Below, one piece after another: positions 1-10,354 of a DNA stretch of 64,000 bases. The stretch covers positions 142,860 through 206,859 of the forward strand of contig JAKQIY010000006.1 in NCBI GenBank assembly GCA_029561455.1, in the 5' to 3' direction. Position numbers and translations under genes: made by a program. Source of the stretch: a bacterium. Lineage in GTDB: Bacteria > Zhuqueibacterota > Zhuqueibacteria > Residuimicrobiales > Krinioviventaceae. The notes below the pieces were generated by a model. That model was not told the DNA's origin, ran no database searches, and worked only from the letters and a program-made list of their open reading frames with translations. Position 1 is the stretch's first letter. Each line of letters begins with the position of its first letter.

Positions 1-374
1 TCTTTTCCAGGAACGAATCGAGATTTATGGTAGGAATAATTTGCCCCGCCTGGTTAATGGTTTTAAAAGAAGCCGGGCAATTCATGGTAACAACATGCAA
101 AACAACATTATTATAACGTGGATCGGTGTGATGGCGATGCGCATACCAGTCGCCGGCTACCGGGTGAACCTCGATATTGCCGCGCAGCAAGCGGTTTTCG
201 ATAAAGATCAAAGCATCCAGAAAATCCGGGCCGGAGTCGTAATTACGCACCCCCTTACTGCGGATTTCAATTTTTCTACCATCAACTGTATACAGTTCCC
301 GGTTCTCAAAATTCTTGCTTTCCCACAGGTGATAAAGAAAAGCCTCTCGCGCCGGTTCCTTAACCTGGTCCATA
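1..374 (-). CDS. DUF2851 family protein. Only the N-terminal part lies in the window; the gene continues past the window start.
   Basis: Reverse-complement translation from the ATG at 372-374 gives MDQVKEPAREAFLYHLWESKNFENRELYTVDGRKIEIRSKGVRNYDSGPDFLDALIFIENRLLRGNIEVHPVAGDWYAHRHHTDPRYNNVVLHVV... with no stop before position 1. The pattern (YHLW, then G..N.DSGPDF, then G.IE.H...DW..H.H..DP.Y.NVVLHVV) matches the conserved N-terminus I recall for DUF2851 proteins. The ORF track omits it because it is open at the window edge. The plus-strand ORF at 41-415 is treated as spurious. Confidence 0.5.
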
Positions 375-429
375 GTCCCCTCCGGTTATTATTTACCACA
401 AATCAGGTATTATAAACATCAGAGTTACT

Positions 430-876
430 TTATTTATCCTCGATAATGTTGGCGTCCTCGATATCGTCGCTATTCGCTCCGGATCTGACACTGGATTTGC
501 CGGTTTGCTTTTGTTCCGATGCCGCACGCGGTTCCGGTTGTTTACGGTTTTGTTCCCGCTCCCGGCGTTCCGCCTCTTTTTGTTCCCTGACCTGTATAAT
601 CTCATTTTTCTTGCTGTCTAGTTTTACTTCCTGGGCTTGTAAATCCGCAATCATTTTCTTCACCTGGGCATCGTTGCCAACGTCGGCCTTGTCGTCTTTA
701 CTGAGCAACTCAAACGTCTGCCCGCCCAGTTCTGCAAACAATTTTTCAATATTGCGCTGGATGCCCATAATATCGACTTTAAGTTTGCCGATCTTGCCAT
801 ACTCTTCGGTTTTATCCACAACCAATTCAATACCGTCACGAATGCCGTTTTTAATATCTTCAAACAATGTACTCAT
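430..876 (-). CDS. Hypothetical charged coiled-coil protein, 148 aa, possibly phasin-like.
   Basis: The ORF is intact. The sequence is K/E/Q-rich and looks helical, with no signal peptide. I did not recognise a family. Confidence 0.45.
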   Translation of the reverse strand: MSTLFEDIKNGIRDGIELVVDKTEEYGKIGKLKVDIMGIQRNIEKLFAELGGQTFELLSKDDKADVGNDAQVKKMIADLQAQEVKLDSKKNEIIQVREQKEAERREREQNRKQPEPRAASEQKQTGKSSVRSGANSDDIEDANIIEDK

Positions 877-898
877 AAATACCTCCTTAAATTACCGG

Positions 899-3163
899 TT
901 ATAATTGTGAACCAAGGTATGTAATTTTATTTATTTTATGATATATACCAGACCTGAACTCGACAAAATAAATACCGCAGGCCAGAGAATAACCGGCATC
1001 ATCGCGGCCATCCCATTTTATTAAATAATCCTGCCCGCCAACCTTGTTTTCATTCATCAGGTTCCGCACCAGTTGGCCCAGAACATTATAAATTTTAATT
1101 TCAACATGGTGAGTGGATGTTTTAACAGGAAGCATAAATTTTATTTCGGCGCTTTCAACAAACGGGTTGGGCCAGATGTTGAATAATTTAAAATTGACCG
1201 GCAGTTCTTCGCCCGGGGTGTGCTGTAACGCGGAAAAAATATCCAGTTTTCCCCATCCCCACTCGCCGTTGGGTATTTTTTCTACCGGGTATTCCGTATC
1301 GGCTGAATTGGTTAACATATCGCGAACCTGGATGGCCGTGATATCAGGATATTTTTCAAAAATCAGCGCAACCGCGCCGGACACATGAGGCGCAGCCATA
1401 CTGGTGCCACTGGACAGGGCTTCGCGTCCACCTTCCAAAATCAGGGCATTGGGCAATCCCGAGGTTGTTTCCGAAAAAATACTGGCGCTGCTTCCCGGCG
1501 GGGCATACTGCGAATAACTGCTGGCAATGATCTCTCCGGGGGCAACAATTTCCGGTTTTATGCGTTTATCCAGCGTTGGGCCAAAGCTGGTAAAACTGGC
1601 CAATGTGCCAATTGCTATCTGCCCAAAAGGATCAAAAGTTAAATGATTACCATCCAGATCTACCCAGGATTTTTTACTGGTGTATGCGCCAACGGTTATG
1701 ACGTTACGTGCAGTTCCGGGTATGGATATTTTCCCGTCATTAACATTCCCCTCCACAAAAGCCGCCTTCATACTGGCATTGGTAACCCCGGTAATCCAGG
1801 CGTCCACGTCCCCGGCTTGGCCGGAAAATTTCATCTTCCATGTGCCGGCTACCGGAGGCTTGAGTGCGTTAGCATCATTGATATCCACATATATTTCATA
1901 ATTGCCGATCTCTTTATTATAACCGGGCAGGTAGCCGCCGACCGCTTCATAAAATCCATTCCACACATAAACTGTCCCCTCATCCGTATTTTCTTCCGTT
2001 ACTTCACCCTGCATAACCGGGCCAATTCTTTTTCCCGACGGCGTTGTGATGGTGATGCCGACTTTTTGGTTGCTTTGATACCAGATATTAAACAACACCC
2101 GGTCGTTGCCGGCGCCCGGTTTTGGCATATATTCATTTATAGTAAAAGTAACGTCCTTATAGGTAATCCCGTTGCTGAATTGCGCCCGGGCGTGTATATT
2201 GTTGCCGCCGTCATTACCGGCAACCGTTACTACCGCTTTACCGGACTTGCCGGGGCCAACCACCTGGTCGATGGCAAGCTCCACATCCGAGGTGCCGTTA
2301 TGGGCGCCGCTGTGGCCGCCAAAACTCATATTGATAACGCAGGGCATATTCAAAACTGTTGCCAGACTGTCGACGATCTTTAATGCAATGATCTGGTCGG
2401 CAGTCTGGAACTCTTGGCTCATCTCATCGCGGGTAGCTTTAATAATGATCAGACCGGCTTCAGGGGCAACCCCGGCATAAGCGCCAAACGTGCCGTCGGC
2501 GCTGCCGTCGCCGGCGGCTATTCCGGCGACATGCGTGCCATGCCCGGAATAATCCCGCTCGTAAACAAAGCCGTTGCCGTTCAGGGCGTTATTGATATCA
2601 TCTTCAGTATACATAGTGCCGCCGTAAACATTGCCGGGATCGCTCATATCCAGCAAGTATTTAATACGGGTTTTACCGGCGGCGTCAATAAAATCTTCAT
2701 TCTCCCAGTCAATTCCCGAATCAATGATCCCTATCAAAACCCCCTTGCCTGTGTAGCCGAATTGTTCCCGCACTTTAACTGCGCCGATTCTGGCGGCGCT
2801 CACATCCAGACAAGCATAATCGGGCCGTGATGCGGTAATGCGTATAACCTGTGGTAAACCGGCCACTTTATCAAGCCCGGCAACCGGGATAGTGACAACG
2901 GCCAAATTTTTATATATACATTCAATTTTCACACCATACGCTTGCAGTTCATGAACATCGCCCTGAAAAGTAACAATCGCCCTGACTTGCGCGCCCCGGG
3001 CGGTTTTCTGCAATGAATTATCCGGCTGCAAAAAATCCAGGCGCTGCGGGTAGGTAACCAGTAGCCCAAGCTGCGGATCCAGCTTGTTTATCCCTTCCAC
3101 AGCATACAACCCCGCGCTTGTAAGCAGCAATAAAACTATAATTACATACTTGTTCAAAATCAT
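899..3163 (-). CDS. S8 family (subtilisin-like) serine peptidase with a T9SS C-terminal sorting domain.
   Basis: The S8 catalytic triad motifs are present in order: Asp IIDSGIDWENEDF, His GHGTHVAGIAAG, Ser GTSMAAPHVSGAVAL. There is an N-terminal signal peptide. The C-terminus (NIWPNPFVESAEIKF...IKIYNVLGQLV...GIYFVEF...KITYL) is a T9SS CTD. Confidence 0.85.
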   Translation of the reverse strand: MILNKYVIIVLLLLTSAGLYAVEGINKLDPQLGLLVTYPQRLDFLQPDNSLQKTARGAQVRAIVTFQGDVHELQAYGVKIECIYKNLAVVTIPVAGLDKVAGLPQVIRITASRPDYACLDVSAARIGAVKVREQFGYTGKGVLIGIIDSGIDWENEDFIDAAGKTRIKYLLDMSDPGNVYGGTMYTEDDINNALNGNGFVYERDYSGHGTHVAGIAAGDGSADGTFGAYAGVAPEAGLIIIKATRDEMSQEFQTADQIIALKIVDSLATVLNMPCVINMSFGGHSGAHNGTSDVELAIDQVVGPGKSGKAVVTVAGNDGGNNIHARAQFSNGITYKDVTFTINEYMPKPGAGNDRVLFNIWYQSNQKVGITITTPSGKRIGPVMQGEVTEENTDEGTVYVWNGFYEAVGGYLPGYNKEIGNYEIYVDINDANALKPPVAGTWKMKFSGQAGDVDAWITGVTNASMKAAFVEGNVNDGKISIPGTARNVITVGAYTSKKSWVDLDGNHLTFDPFGQIAIGTLASFTSFGPTLDKRIKPEIVAPGEIIASSYSQYAPPGSSASIFSETTSGLPNALILEGGREALSSGTSMAAPHVSGAVALIFEKYPDITAIQVRDMLTNSADTEYPVEKIPNGEWGWGKLDIFSALQHTPGEELPVNFKLFNIWPNPFVESAEIKFMLPVKTSTHHVEIKIYNVLGQLVRNLMNENKVGGQDYLIKWDGRDDAGYSLACGIYFVEFRSGIYHKINKITYLGSQL

Positions 3164-3218
3164 TCACCTGTTATTGTCATTATATCTATTATACTCAAAA
3201 CCGGTTGTGCGGTTCATT

Positions 3219-6200
3219 TTAATGTAAAAGAGCATCGCGTTTTATCCGGGCGTCGCGGAATTCCGGGTCGATCAACAGCGTCCGATCCAATTCCAGGCGG
3301 GCTTTATCGAGTTGTCCTTTGCGTTCATAAGCCAGGGCCAGGTAATAATGAGCCATTGCAAAATCAATATCCTTTTCGGCGGCCGCCTGGAAATGGCGCA
3401 AAGCCTGATCAAGGTTGCCCATCTTCCAGTAACACAAACCGCTATAAAAATATGCCGCGCCGTAATCAGGGTCGAGCTTTATTGCCGCCTGTAATTCCGG
3501 CAAAGCCAGGTCCGGGCGGTTTTGCAAATAAAAACATAAACCTTTATGATGACGCGCCTGGGGGTATTTCGGGTCGAGTTGTACCGCCCGAACAAACATA
3601 TTAAACGCCGCATCCAGCCGGTTTTCTTCCAGATATATCTCACCCTGCGCCTGGTACGCCCGGGCATTGCGGGGATTCAATTTCAACAACGCCTGCAATT
3701 CGGTTTTACGGCGGTCATTTAATCCGTCCAGGTACAAAGCGTTGCGGTTTCCCGGACTCTTGTCCAATGCTTTACGGTAATAACTGCGCGCCTCATGGTA
3801 ACGGCCCAACCAGGCCATAACCTGACCTTTGGCAACCAGTGATTTGGCAGCATCCATCCGCTCCAGGTTCACCTGCACCTGCGAACTGTCCACCACATTA
3901 TATAAATACGGCCAAACCGATTTCTTCAGGTTTCCCAAACTGGTCATTACGTCCGTATTGACTGATACACTCAATTCCCGTGAAAATTCTATATAGGGCA
4001 GGTCATCGGAATTTACCGGCGCAGAAACGCCATAACGCTGCAGGTCGTCTTCAGCCATAATAAAGCAGCTCAGTAGTTCGTAAGGATCATCAAGATTCAC
4101 TTCGGCAAGATCGTTCCTGATCTCTTGTCGGTTGATGCGTTCCAAAAGTATCGCTAAATCGATTTTAAATGGCTGCGGCGTGGCCATTAACAGCATGTGC
4201 GATGGATTAACATACCACAACGAACTGTGCGGAAAGACCAGTTGAAAAGTTTTGATCAGGGACTGGTATTCCAGTTCGGTTATGGCATTAGGCGGCAGCC
4301 AGGCGATGATAATTCCATCCTCCGAAAGTACATTTTTACACATACGGTAAAAGTCCAGGGTGTACAGGTTCGGGCTGATCTTGGGATGGATGGCGTTAAA
4401 AGAGATCATATCATAACGCTTATTAGTGCCTTTGATAAATTCCCGCCCGTCGCCAATGATGAGATTAAATCGCGGATTTTGCAGCACGTTGTGGTTCTGC
4501 TTTTCGAAATACCCGGCGGTTTCTATTTCGTCTTTAACCAGTTCCACACAATCGGTCTGCATATCCGGGTAGAGCATGGAAGCCCACGAGGTGCTGCCGA
4601 AACCAAATCCAACGATCAGGGTGGTTTTGGGATCGGGATGGATCAACAAAGGCAAATGCCCCAGCAGTTTGTGAACCTGCATATCCTGGTAGATCGTAAA
4701 AGCGGTCGACTCGCCGTTAATGTTCAACTCGCGCTCATTGGTAATTTTATCCTGCAAAACCGCAATGGAAGCATCTATGCCCTCTTTATAATACAACAGG
4801 TCATAACGTTTGGACGGCCCGGTAAACTCGACGCTGGCCAGCACCACCGGCTTGCGGTTAATGGTAAAAGCCAGTATGACCAGGGCAATTCCGGCCAGGA
4901 CTAACGGATAGCTCCGGCGCTTGCGGCCCGCATCTGGGTGCAACAATAGCAGTCCGACGCCAATACCTAAATTGACCAAAACGACCAGCGCTATACTGAG
5001 TCGAATGCCGAATACCGGTAAAAGGACAAAACCGGCTAAAAATGACCCGACAATCGAGCCAACCGTATTGGCGGCGTAGACCTCGCCCACCTGACGGCCC
5101 AGTCCTTTTATATCGCGGTGATAGCATTGCACCGCCAGTGGAAATGTCGCGCCCATAAGCAACGTGGGCAGTAACATGACCAGAAAAGACAACAGGAATT
5201 TTACCCCGGTATTCATCCACCAGTTATGGTAACCCAGCGCCTGCCGCAGCGTATCGCTGATTGCATAGAACCGGGCGATGAGCGGTAGCACCGCCAGGGC
5301 GGTCAGGCCGATAAGAATTTCTATCACTGCAAACCAGGTCAGATGATCTTTGATTTTGGGAACAATATGCGAAAAGATATAACTGCCGGCAGCGATGCCG
5401 ATCAAAAACGTGGTCAAAATAGTCGTAAAAGTATAAGTGGTCAGACCAAGAAAATAAAGCAGTGAGCGCGTCCATAACAGTTCATAAGCCAGCGAAGCCA
5501 GCCCGGACAGGGCAAATCCCCACAGGATCAGCCGATAACGACGCTGCGCGGCGGAATTCTCAGGTTGCTTAATGGCGCCGTCCTGTTCTGCAACCGGCTC
5601 AGCAGCAGTATTCTTTTTACCAAGCGATATAAGGTACGCGGTCAGGCCAATAGCTATATTTATAGCTGCGGCCAGATAAATCGTCTGAACAATGCCAAAC
5701 ATCCTGACCAGGAAAAACCCCGTGCCGAAAGCGCCAAGAACCGCGCCCAGGGTATTAAATGAATAAAGATAACCGGAAATTTTACCCGTTTGCTGCCGGC
5801 CGCCGACAAAATAACGGATCAGCACCGGCAAAGTGCCGCCCATTAACACAGTGGGGATCAGAATAATTATAAACGCCAGCAAAAAGCGGATCAGGGCGAA
5901 CACATAAAATTGCGGATGAAACTGGCTATAGATCAATGTATATAAATGGTCGGCGCCTTTAAAGATCAGCGGCGTAAACACAGCGTAAATGCCAATGCCG
6001 ATTTCCAGCAACGCATACAACCTCAACTTGTTCTGACTTTTATCAACCAGGCGGCCAAAGTAATAACTGCCCAGCGATAAACCGGCCATATATGACGACA
6101 CCACTGTGCTGGCGGCAAACGCAGTTACCCCGAAAATCAGTTTTAGAATCCGAATCCAGACAATTTGATAGGCCAGCCCGCTGATACCGGATAAAAAAAA

Positions 6201-6314
6201 TAATCCAATAATTAAAAAATGAATACCGGGTTGTGCAAACAGGGGGGTATTTCGGTCCGGGTGAGGTTCTTTATTGATAACAGCTTTTACTGGTCTTTTC
6301 TTTGCTTTCGCCAC
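3219..6314 (-). CDS. Fused polytopic membrane protein with a spermidine-synthase-like (PABS fold) domain and C-terminal TPR repeats.
   Basis: The N-terminal ~480 aa contain many hydrophobic helices. The middle carries a SAM-methyltransferase/spermidine-synthase-like block (TLIVGFGFGSTSW...DMISFNAIHP...DGIIIAWLP). The C-terminal ~300 aa hold repeated TPR-like units (AYQAQGEIY..., AAYFYSGLCYWKMGNLDQA..., MAHYYLALAYERKGQLDKA). Confidence 0.7.
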   Translation of the reverse strand: MAKAKKRPVKAVINKEPHPDRNTPLFAQPGIHFLIIGLFFLSGISGLAYQIVWIRILKLIFGVTAFAASTVVSSYMAGLSLGSYYFGRLVDKSQNKLRLYALLEIGIGIYAVFTPLIFKGADHLYTLIYSQFHPQFYVFALIRFLLAFIIILIPTVLMGGTLPVLIRYFVGGRQQTGKISGYLYSFNTLGAVLGAFGTGFFLVRMFGIVQTIYLAAAINIAIGLTAYLISLGKKNTAAEPVAEQDGAIKQPENSAAQRRYRLILWGFALSGLASLAYELLWTRSLLYFLGLTTYTFTTILTTFLIGIAAGSYIFSHIVPKIKDHLTWFAVIEILIGLTALAVLPLIARFYAISDTLRQALGYHNWWMNTGVKFLLSFLVMLLPTLLMGATFPLAVQCYHRDIKGLGRQVGEVYAANTVGSIVGSFLAGFVLLPVFGIRLSIALVVLVNLGIGVGLLLLHPDAGRKRRSYPLVLAGIALVILAFTINRKPVVLASVEFTGPSKRYDLLYYKEGIDASIAVLQDKITNERELNINGESTAFTIYQDMQVHKLLGHLPLLIHPDPKTTLIVGFGFGSTSWASMLYPDMQTDCVELVKDEIETAGYFEKQNHNVLQNPRFNLIIGDGREFIKGTNKRYDMISFNAIHPKISPNLYTLDFYRMCKNVLSEDGIIIAWLPPNAITELEYQSLIKTFQLVFPHSSLWYVNPSHMLLMATPQPFKIDLAILLERINRQEIRNDLAEVNLDDPYELLSCFIMAEDDLQRYGVSAPVNSDDLPYIEFSRELSVSVNTDVMTSLGNLKKSVWPYLYNVVDSSQVQVNLERMDAAKSLVAKGQVMAWLGRYHEARSYYRKALDKSPGNRNALYLDGLNDRRKTELQALLKLNPRNARAYQAQGEIYLEENRLDAAFNMFVRAVQLDPKYPQARHHKGLCFYLQNRPDLALPELQAAIKLDPDYGAAYFYSGLCYWKMGNLDQALRHFQAAAEKDIDFAMAHYYLALAYERKGQLDKARLELDRTLLIDPEFRDARIKRDALLH

Positions 6315-6403
6315 TCACTACTCCAATGCAATAACCGGTCACTTTGCAGGCAGGGATTGTCATTTATTCTAATATAATAAATACTTTAATTATATACCAC
6401 TTT

Positions 6404-9400
6404 TTACCGAAGCAAGGTGATTTTTTTTATACCGGAATATGTACCGGCCCTGAACTGCACCAGGTATATTCCGGCGCTGACCGGACGGCCCTGCTCATCC
6501 GTGCCCTGCCAGCGGGCCCGGTATCTGCCGGGCTGCTGCGGCTCCGCTACCAGCGTTTTCACTTTTTGCCCCAGCATATTATAGACCGTCATTTCAACGA
6601 AACTGTTTTCCGGCAGTTCATAGCCGATGACCGTTTCCGCATTGAATGGATTCGGATAATTTTGCCAAAAATCAAAACGGGACGGCTTTTCGTCATGCTG
6701 GTCGGCAATGTTCACTGTGGTTTTATCAAATACAAAAAAATCGTCAATATACCAGCCGGCGTCCTCGGCTTGTCCCGTGCTGCCGAAATGAAAACGCAGC
6801 CGGATTTTTTTATCGGCCCATGGAGTCAAGTCAAACTGTACTTTCTGCCAGACGCTGATGCAGCCGCTGAACCCCGGCTGCCCTGCCAGCGCTAAATTTT
6901 CGGCGGATAATGAATCGCAGGTATAACCCTCCAGGGGATGGATAACCAGCCACAAAACCCCGCCATCATCGGAAAGCTGCACATTGCCGCCGTCATAACA
7001 GGTATTCAAATAATCCATACAATAATAGTGATAGAATTGCAGAAACGGCGCTACAAATCCCGCTAAACTGATCTCCGGGCTGTCCAGTTTATAATCTGCA
7101 AACGGCGTATAATCACCCTTTAAAACCGTGCCCCAAACACGACGGCCGGAATGGGCTTGATCCGGCGCATGATAATACAGGCCCGGCTCCGGTACGCCCC
7201 ATTGCCATAACCCGCTGCCGGTAAAATCTCCGGCATCCGTCTCGAAAGATTCATCTACCACACTAGTTCCCGGTACTAGAATAAAATTACAATCCCCGAA
7301 ATAATCGCCGTCGTTTAACACAAGCTGCCGTTTTTGCGGAACGTAACCGTCATGGCGGACGGCCAGTATCACCGTATCCGCAATAACCCCGGACAATAAA
7401 AACTCACCGCTGCCGGACGTGGTATCGGCAAGACCCTGTCCGCGTATGCCGACAACCGTGCCGGTATGGTCATTCATATCGCTCAAAAGGACAGAGCCGC
7501 CGATCATTTTCGATTGAGCCGGTTGCAGGTAAAGCGGTAGTTCGTTTTGCCCGGCGGCGAGCCACATACTATCGGCATAGGCGCTGTATCCCTGCCGGTA
7601 TACATATATAAAATAATAACCGGCGATCATCTCGGTAAAACCGAAAACGCCGTTTTTATCGCTGGTTGCCGAATATTCCTGTCCCGATAAAACATGGCGC
7701 AGGTAAACAAAAGTTTCCGCGATGGTCAGGCTGTCTGTTTGGCGGTAAACAATGCCGGACAAACCGGCGGCAGCGTTGCCTACGGTAATATCGGTTTGAT
7801 AAAGAGTATATCCTGTTGTACCCAGACTGAACGTTATTTTTCCAGCTTGTTTTGGAACAATTGTAAACGTGTAGCCGATAAAAACCGTATCGAGTCCGCA
7901 GCCACTCACAAAGATTCTTTCCGGCTCCGGGAAGGCGGCAACAGAAATTTCTCCGGGAACGCCCGGCGCCAGGGAAGAATCCAGCCCAATGAACGGTGCG
8001 GCAGCCACAATTGTTATTGCCGAAAAATCGAGAGCGCTCCGTACCGGCAGCCGCCCGGTGTAATCGGGCGCCGGGTCGGCCGGTTTACTACCATAAATAT
8101 AAAGCGGCTGCCCATAAGGACAGTTTATTTCAATATCCGCCGCGCCATCAGCGTCGGTAACAGCTTGGATTGACGAATCCAGGCCGATGCCATGAATAGA
8201 GATCAGGTAATTTGCCAGTGGCGCGCCGCTGTTATCAGCCACATCGATATGCAGTAATTGTTGAACATTCGCAGTTAACGTATCCGGAGTAAAGGTGACC
8301 CGCGGTGGTTCAGGCACGGTAAAATTATACCGGTAAAGTAAATGCCGGTTTTTACTCACCGTCAACAAGGCGTTGTCTGTGGAAAGTGGCTGCTCCAGCG
8401 CAACTACTGCATGGCCATTGTGCGTCATCGCCGCGCCGATCAACACATTGTTTTGCGATAATGCCGTTACCGCGCCGTCAACCGGGCCATGTTCATCCGT
8501 CACTTGCACTTCCAGGCGCTCCGCGCCCGCCGCCAGGGTTTCGGGATGCGCAACCTCCAATATCTCCGGCGCGCCGCGCCAGAGCGGTAACGAAGGATCG
8601 CCGAGAATATTATAGACTTCCATATAAAAATCAGAGTATGGATAGCCGCGGCTATAAAGTTGTAACAGGGCGTCAATTGCCGCCTGGCCAAAACTCTCAT
8701 ACTGTTTATCAAACGCGGCTTGAAAGAATTGCTCCTGCAAATAATAATCCTGGTGCCAGAACGACACCGCCGATGCGCCCCAAAACAACACCGCGCCGCG
8801 CTGTTCATAGCTCAGAAAACTTTCTCCCAAACATTCCATACCGCCCTGAATTTTATAGGCAAAATCCCCGGCATTGCAGCCAAAGCTCAGTGTTAGCGGA
8901 TAACGCCCTGTATTTTGCAAATAATAAAGTTCCACCAGGCTGTAATCATCCAGGTCGCTCCAATAGGTTTCCGAGCCGTGACCGGAATAAACGACCATAG
9001 CGGAGCCGCGGTCAACGGCATCGTTCAATTGCTGGCGATCATCATTGTTAAAAGTCCATATCGAATCGCCGGCGACAGCAATAGGAGTGCAATAGCGATT
9101 TATGGAATTACGGTGTCCCTTTTCCACAAATTCGTGGAAATTTTTATCCCTGGTGGCAATAAATGTGGCGTGGTCAAGCCAGGAGCGATCAGGTGCGATT
9201 AATTCTTCATAAGCTATTATCTTGTCGATCATGCTCCGCAATTGCGTGGTATCGGCAGCCGGCAGCCGCCCGACCAGTATATCCGGGAATATATCGTCAT
9301 CGCCATCCATTGTCGCATAATAGAGGTCTGTAATATGAGGGACATGCGGATTTAAAGAAAATTGCCCGTTAAAAGCCGGTATGTGGGTGATATCGCCGGC

Positions 9401-10333
9401 CAGCAGCACAAAATCAGGCGGAGTTGGCCAGGTAGTGTAAGCCTGGCGAATGTAATTGCGAATGGCACCGGCGCTGCCGCCGGTGTGACTGAGCGTGGCA
9501 ATAGTAACTTTATATCCTTTTTGCGTCTTCCACTCCGCCAGCAGCGCCGCTTGTTCTGCAAACGCATCCGGGGTAATGAGCAAATAACCGGGAGGAGTCC
9601 AGAGCTCAAGATCACCCGGTAAAGACTGTATTGTATTGCCGGTTTCGTTCAACAACCGGTTAAAAAGCGGACCAGTCGATGCCGGTTTGGCGGCGCGCGG
9701 CTGAGCTATTGCCGGGTCGGTTAACCGCAGGCGGCACTCCAGCCGGGTAATAAAGCGAATGTCGCCGCTTACCGGGTTATAGTGTACGGGCATGATCTGC
9801 AGGCGGGCTATTCTGCGCCCCCGCATAATTCCACCGGGATAAATGCGAACCGTTTCTGCAGGGTAAAATTGGTTGGTTTGATATACCCTCCCGGTTTCAG
9901 CGACAAGCGATTGGGGGGCTTCCCCCACCCTGGTATAAACCGGCGCTGGTTTAACAGTTCCGGTCATCATTGCTTCAGCCCCGGAATAATTCTGCTCCGT
10001 GACATCGATATGGTCGATAACCAGTTCCCGGCCATCCGGGATCACCAGCAGGCGGTTAATTACCGGCAATTGCGGACATTGGGGATCGACTGATACCTCG
10101 CAGCCGGGGATGCAAATTGTACTGAAAGCGGGAAACAACGAATCCTGCTCCACGGCAAAACCTGCACAGGCCACATTAACGACCAGCCGGCTTTCATCGA
10201 CCGCGCTGACAGTACAGGTAATCTCCTGCTCTGTGGACGCCATTAAACGGGAAACCCAACGACACATGGCGTCGCTGGGTATCCACAGAATCAGCAGAAA
10301 AAAATAAATGATTTTACTGCCTGGTTTCCTCAT
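6404..10333 (-). CDS. C25 family (gingipain-like) cysteine peptidase with a T9SS C-terminal sorting domain.
   Basis: There is a signal peptide. A His motif VVYSGHGSETYWSD resembles the gingipain GHGSET.W box, and a candidate catalytic Cys lies in FGCNAGDF. A block typical of the C25 N-terminal region is present (LLITPDAFAEQAALLAEWKTQKGYKV...LLAGD). The CTD reads NYPNPFNAETVIGYELP...MTVYNMLGQKVKTLV...GIYLVQF...KKITLLR. Confidence 0.65.
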   Translation of the reverse strand: MRKPGSKIIYFFLLILWIPSDAMCRWVSRLMASTEQEITCTVSAVDESRLVVNVACAGFAVEQDSLFPAFSTICIPGCEVSVDPQCPQLPVINRLLVIPDGRELVIDHIDVTEQNYSGAEAMMTGTVKPAPVYTRVGEAPQSLVAETGRVYQTNQFYPAETVRIYPGGIMRGRRIARLQIMPVHYNPVSGDIRFITRLECRLRLTDPAIAQPRAAKPASTGPLFNRLLNETGNTIQSLPGDLELWTPPGYLLITPDAFAEQAALLAEWKTQKGYKVTIATLSHTGGSAGAIRNYIRQAYTTWPTPPDFVLLAGDITHIPAFNGQFSLNPHVPHITDLYYATMDGDDDIFPDILVGRLPAADTTQLRSMIDKIIAYEELIAPDRSWLDHATFIATRDKNFHEFVEKGHRNSINRYCTPIAVAGDSIWTFNNDDRQQLNDAVDRGSAMVVYSGHGSETYWSDLDDYSLVELYYLQNTGRYPLTLSFGCNAGDFAYKIQGGMECLGESFLSYEQRGAVLFWGASAVSFWHQDYYLQEQFFQAAFDKQYESFGQAAIDALLQLYSRGYPYSDFYMEVYNILGDPSLPLWRGAPEILEVAHPETLAAGAERLEVQVTDEHGPVDGAVTALSQNNVLIGAAMTHNGHAVVALEQPLSTDNALLTVSKNRHLLYRYNFTVPEPPRVTFTPDTLTANVQQLLHIDVADNSGAPLANYLISIHGIGLDSSIQAVTDADGAADIEINCPYGQPLYIYGSKPADPAPDYTGRLPVRSALDFSAITIVAAAPFIGLDSSLAPGVPGEISVAAFPEPERIFVSGCGLDTVFIGYTFTIVPKQAGKITFSLGTTGYTLYQTDITVGNAAAGLSGIVYRQTDSLTIAETFVYLRHVLSGQEYSATSDKNGVFGFTEMIAGYYFIYVYRQGYSAYADSMWLAAGQNELPLYLQPAQSKMIGGSVLLSDMNDHTGTVVGIRGQGLADTTSGSGEFLLSGVIADTVILAVRHDGYVPQKRQLVLNDGDYFGDCNFILVPGTSVVDESFETDAGDFTGSGLWQWGVPEPGLYYHAPDQAHSGRRVWGTVLKGDYTPFADYKLDSPEISLAGFVAPFLQFYHYYCMDYLNTCYDGGNVQLSDDGGVLWLVIHPLEGYTCDSLSAENLALAGQPGFSGCISVWQKVQFDLTPWADKKIRLRFHFGSTGQAEDAGWYIDDFFVFDKTTVNIADQHDEKPSRFDFWQNYPNPFNAETVIGYELPENSFVEMTVYNMLGQKVKTLVAEPQQPGRYRARWQGTDEQGRPVSAGIYLVQFRAGTYSGIKKITLLR

Positions 10334-10354
10334 TTATGCTCAGGACATATTTCC

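Noticed and set aside
41-415. Plus-strand 124-aa ORF at the window start (TTG-initiated in the track).
   Set aside because: It overlaps the much better supported minus-strand DUF2851-like ORF, whose translation carries recognisable family motifs. The plus-strand product has no features.
1643-2383. Long antisense ORFs inside large genes, such as 1643-2383, 4197-4904, 8386-9000, 10574-11095, 15592-16227, 16005-16616, 43209-44165, 48917-49429 and 52644-53168.
   Set aside because: All lie entirely inside, and antisense to or out of frame with, strongly supported long CDSs. Their products are low-complexity with no motifs, which is what shadow ORFs in GC-moderate DNA look like.
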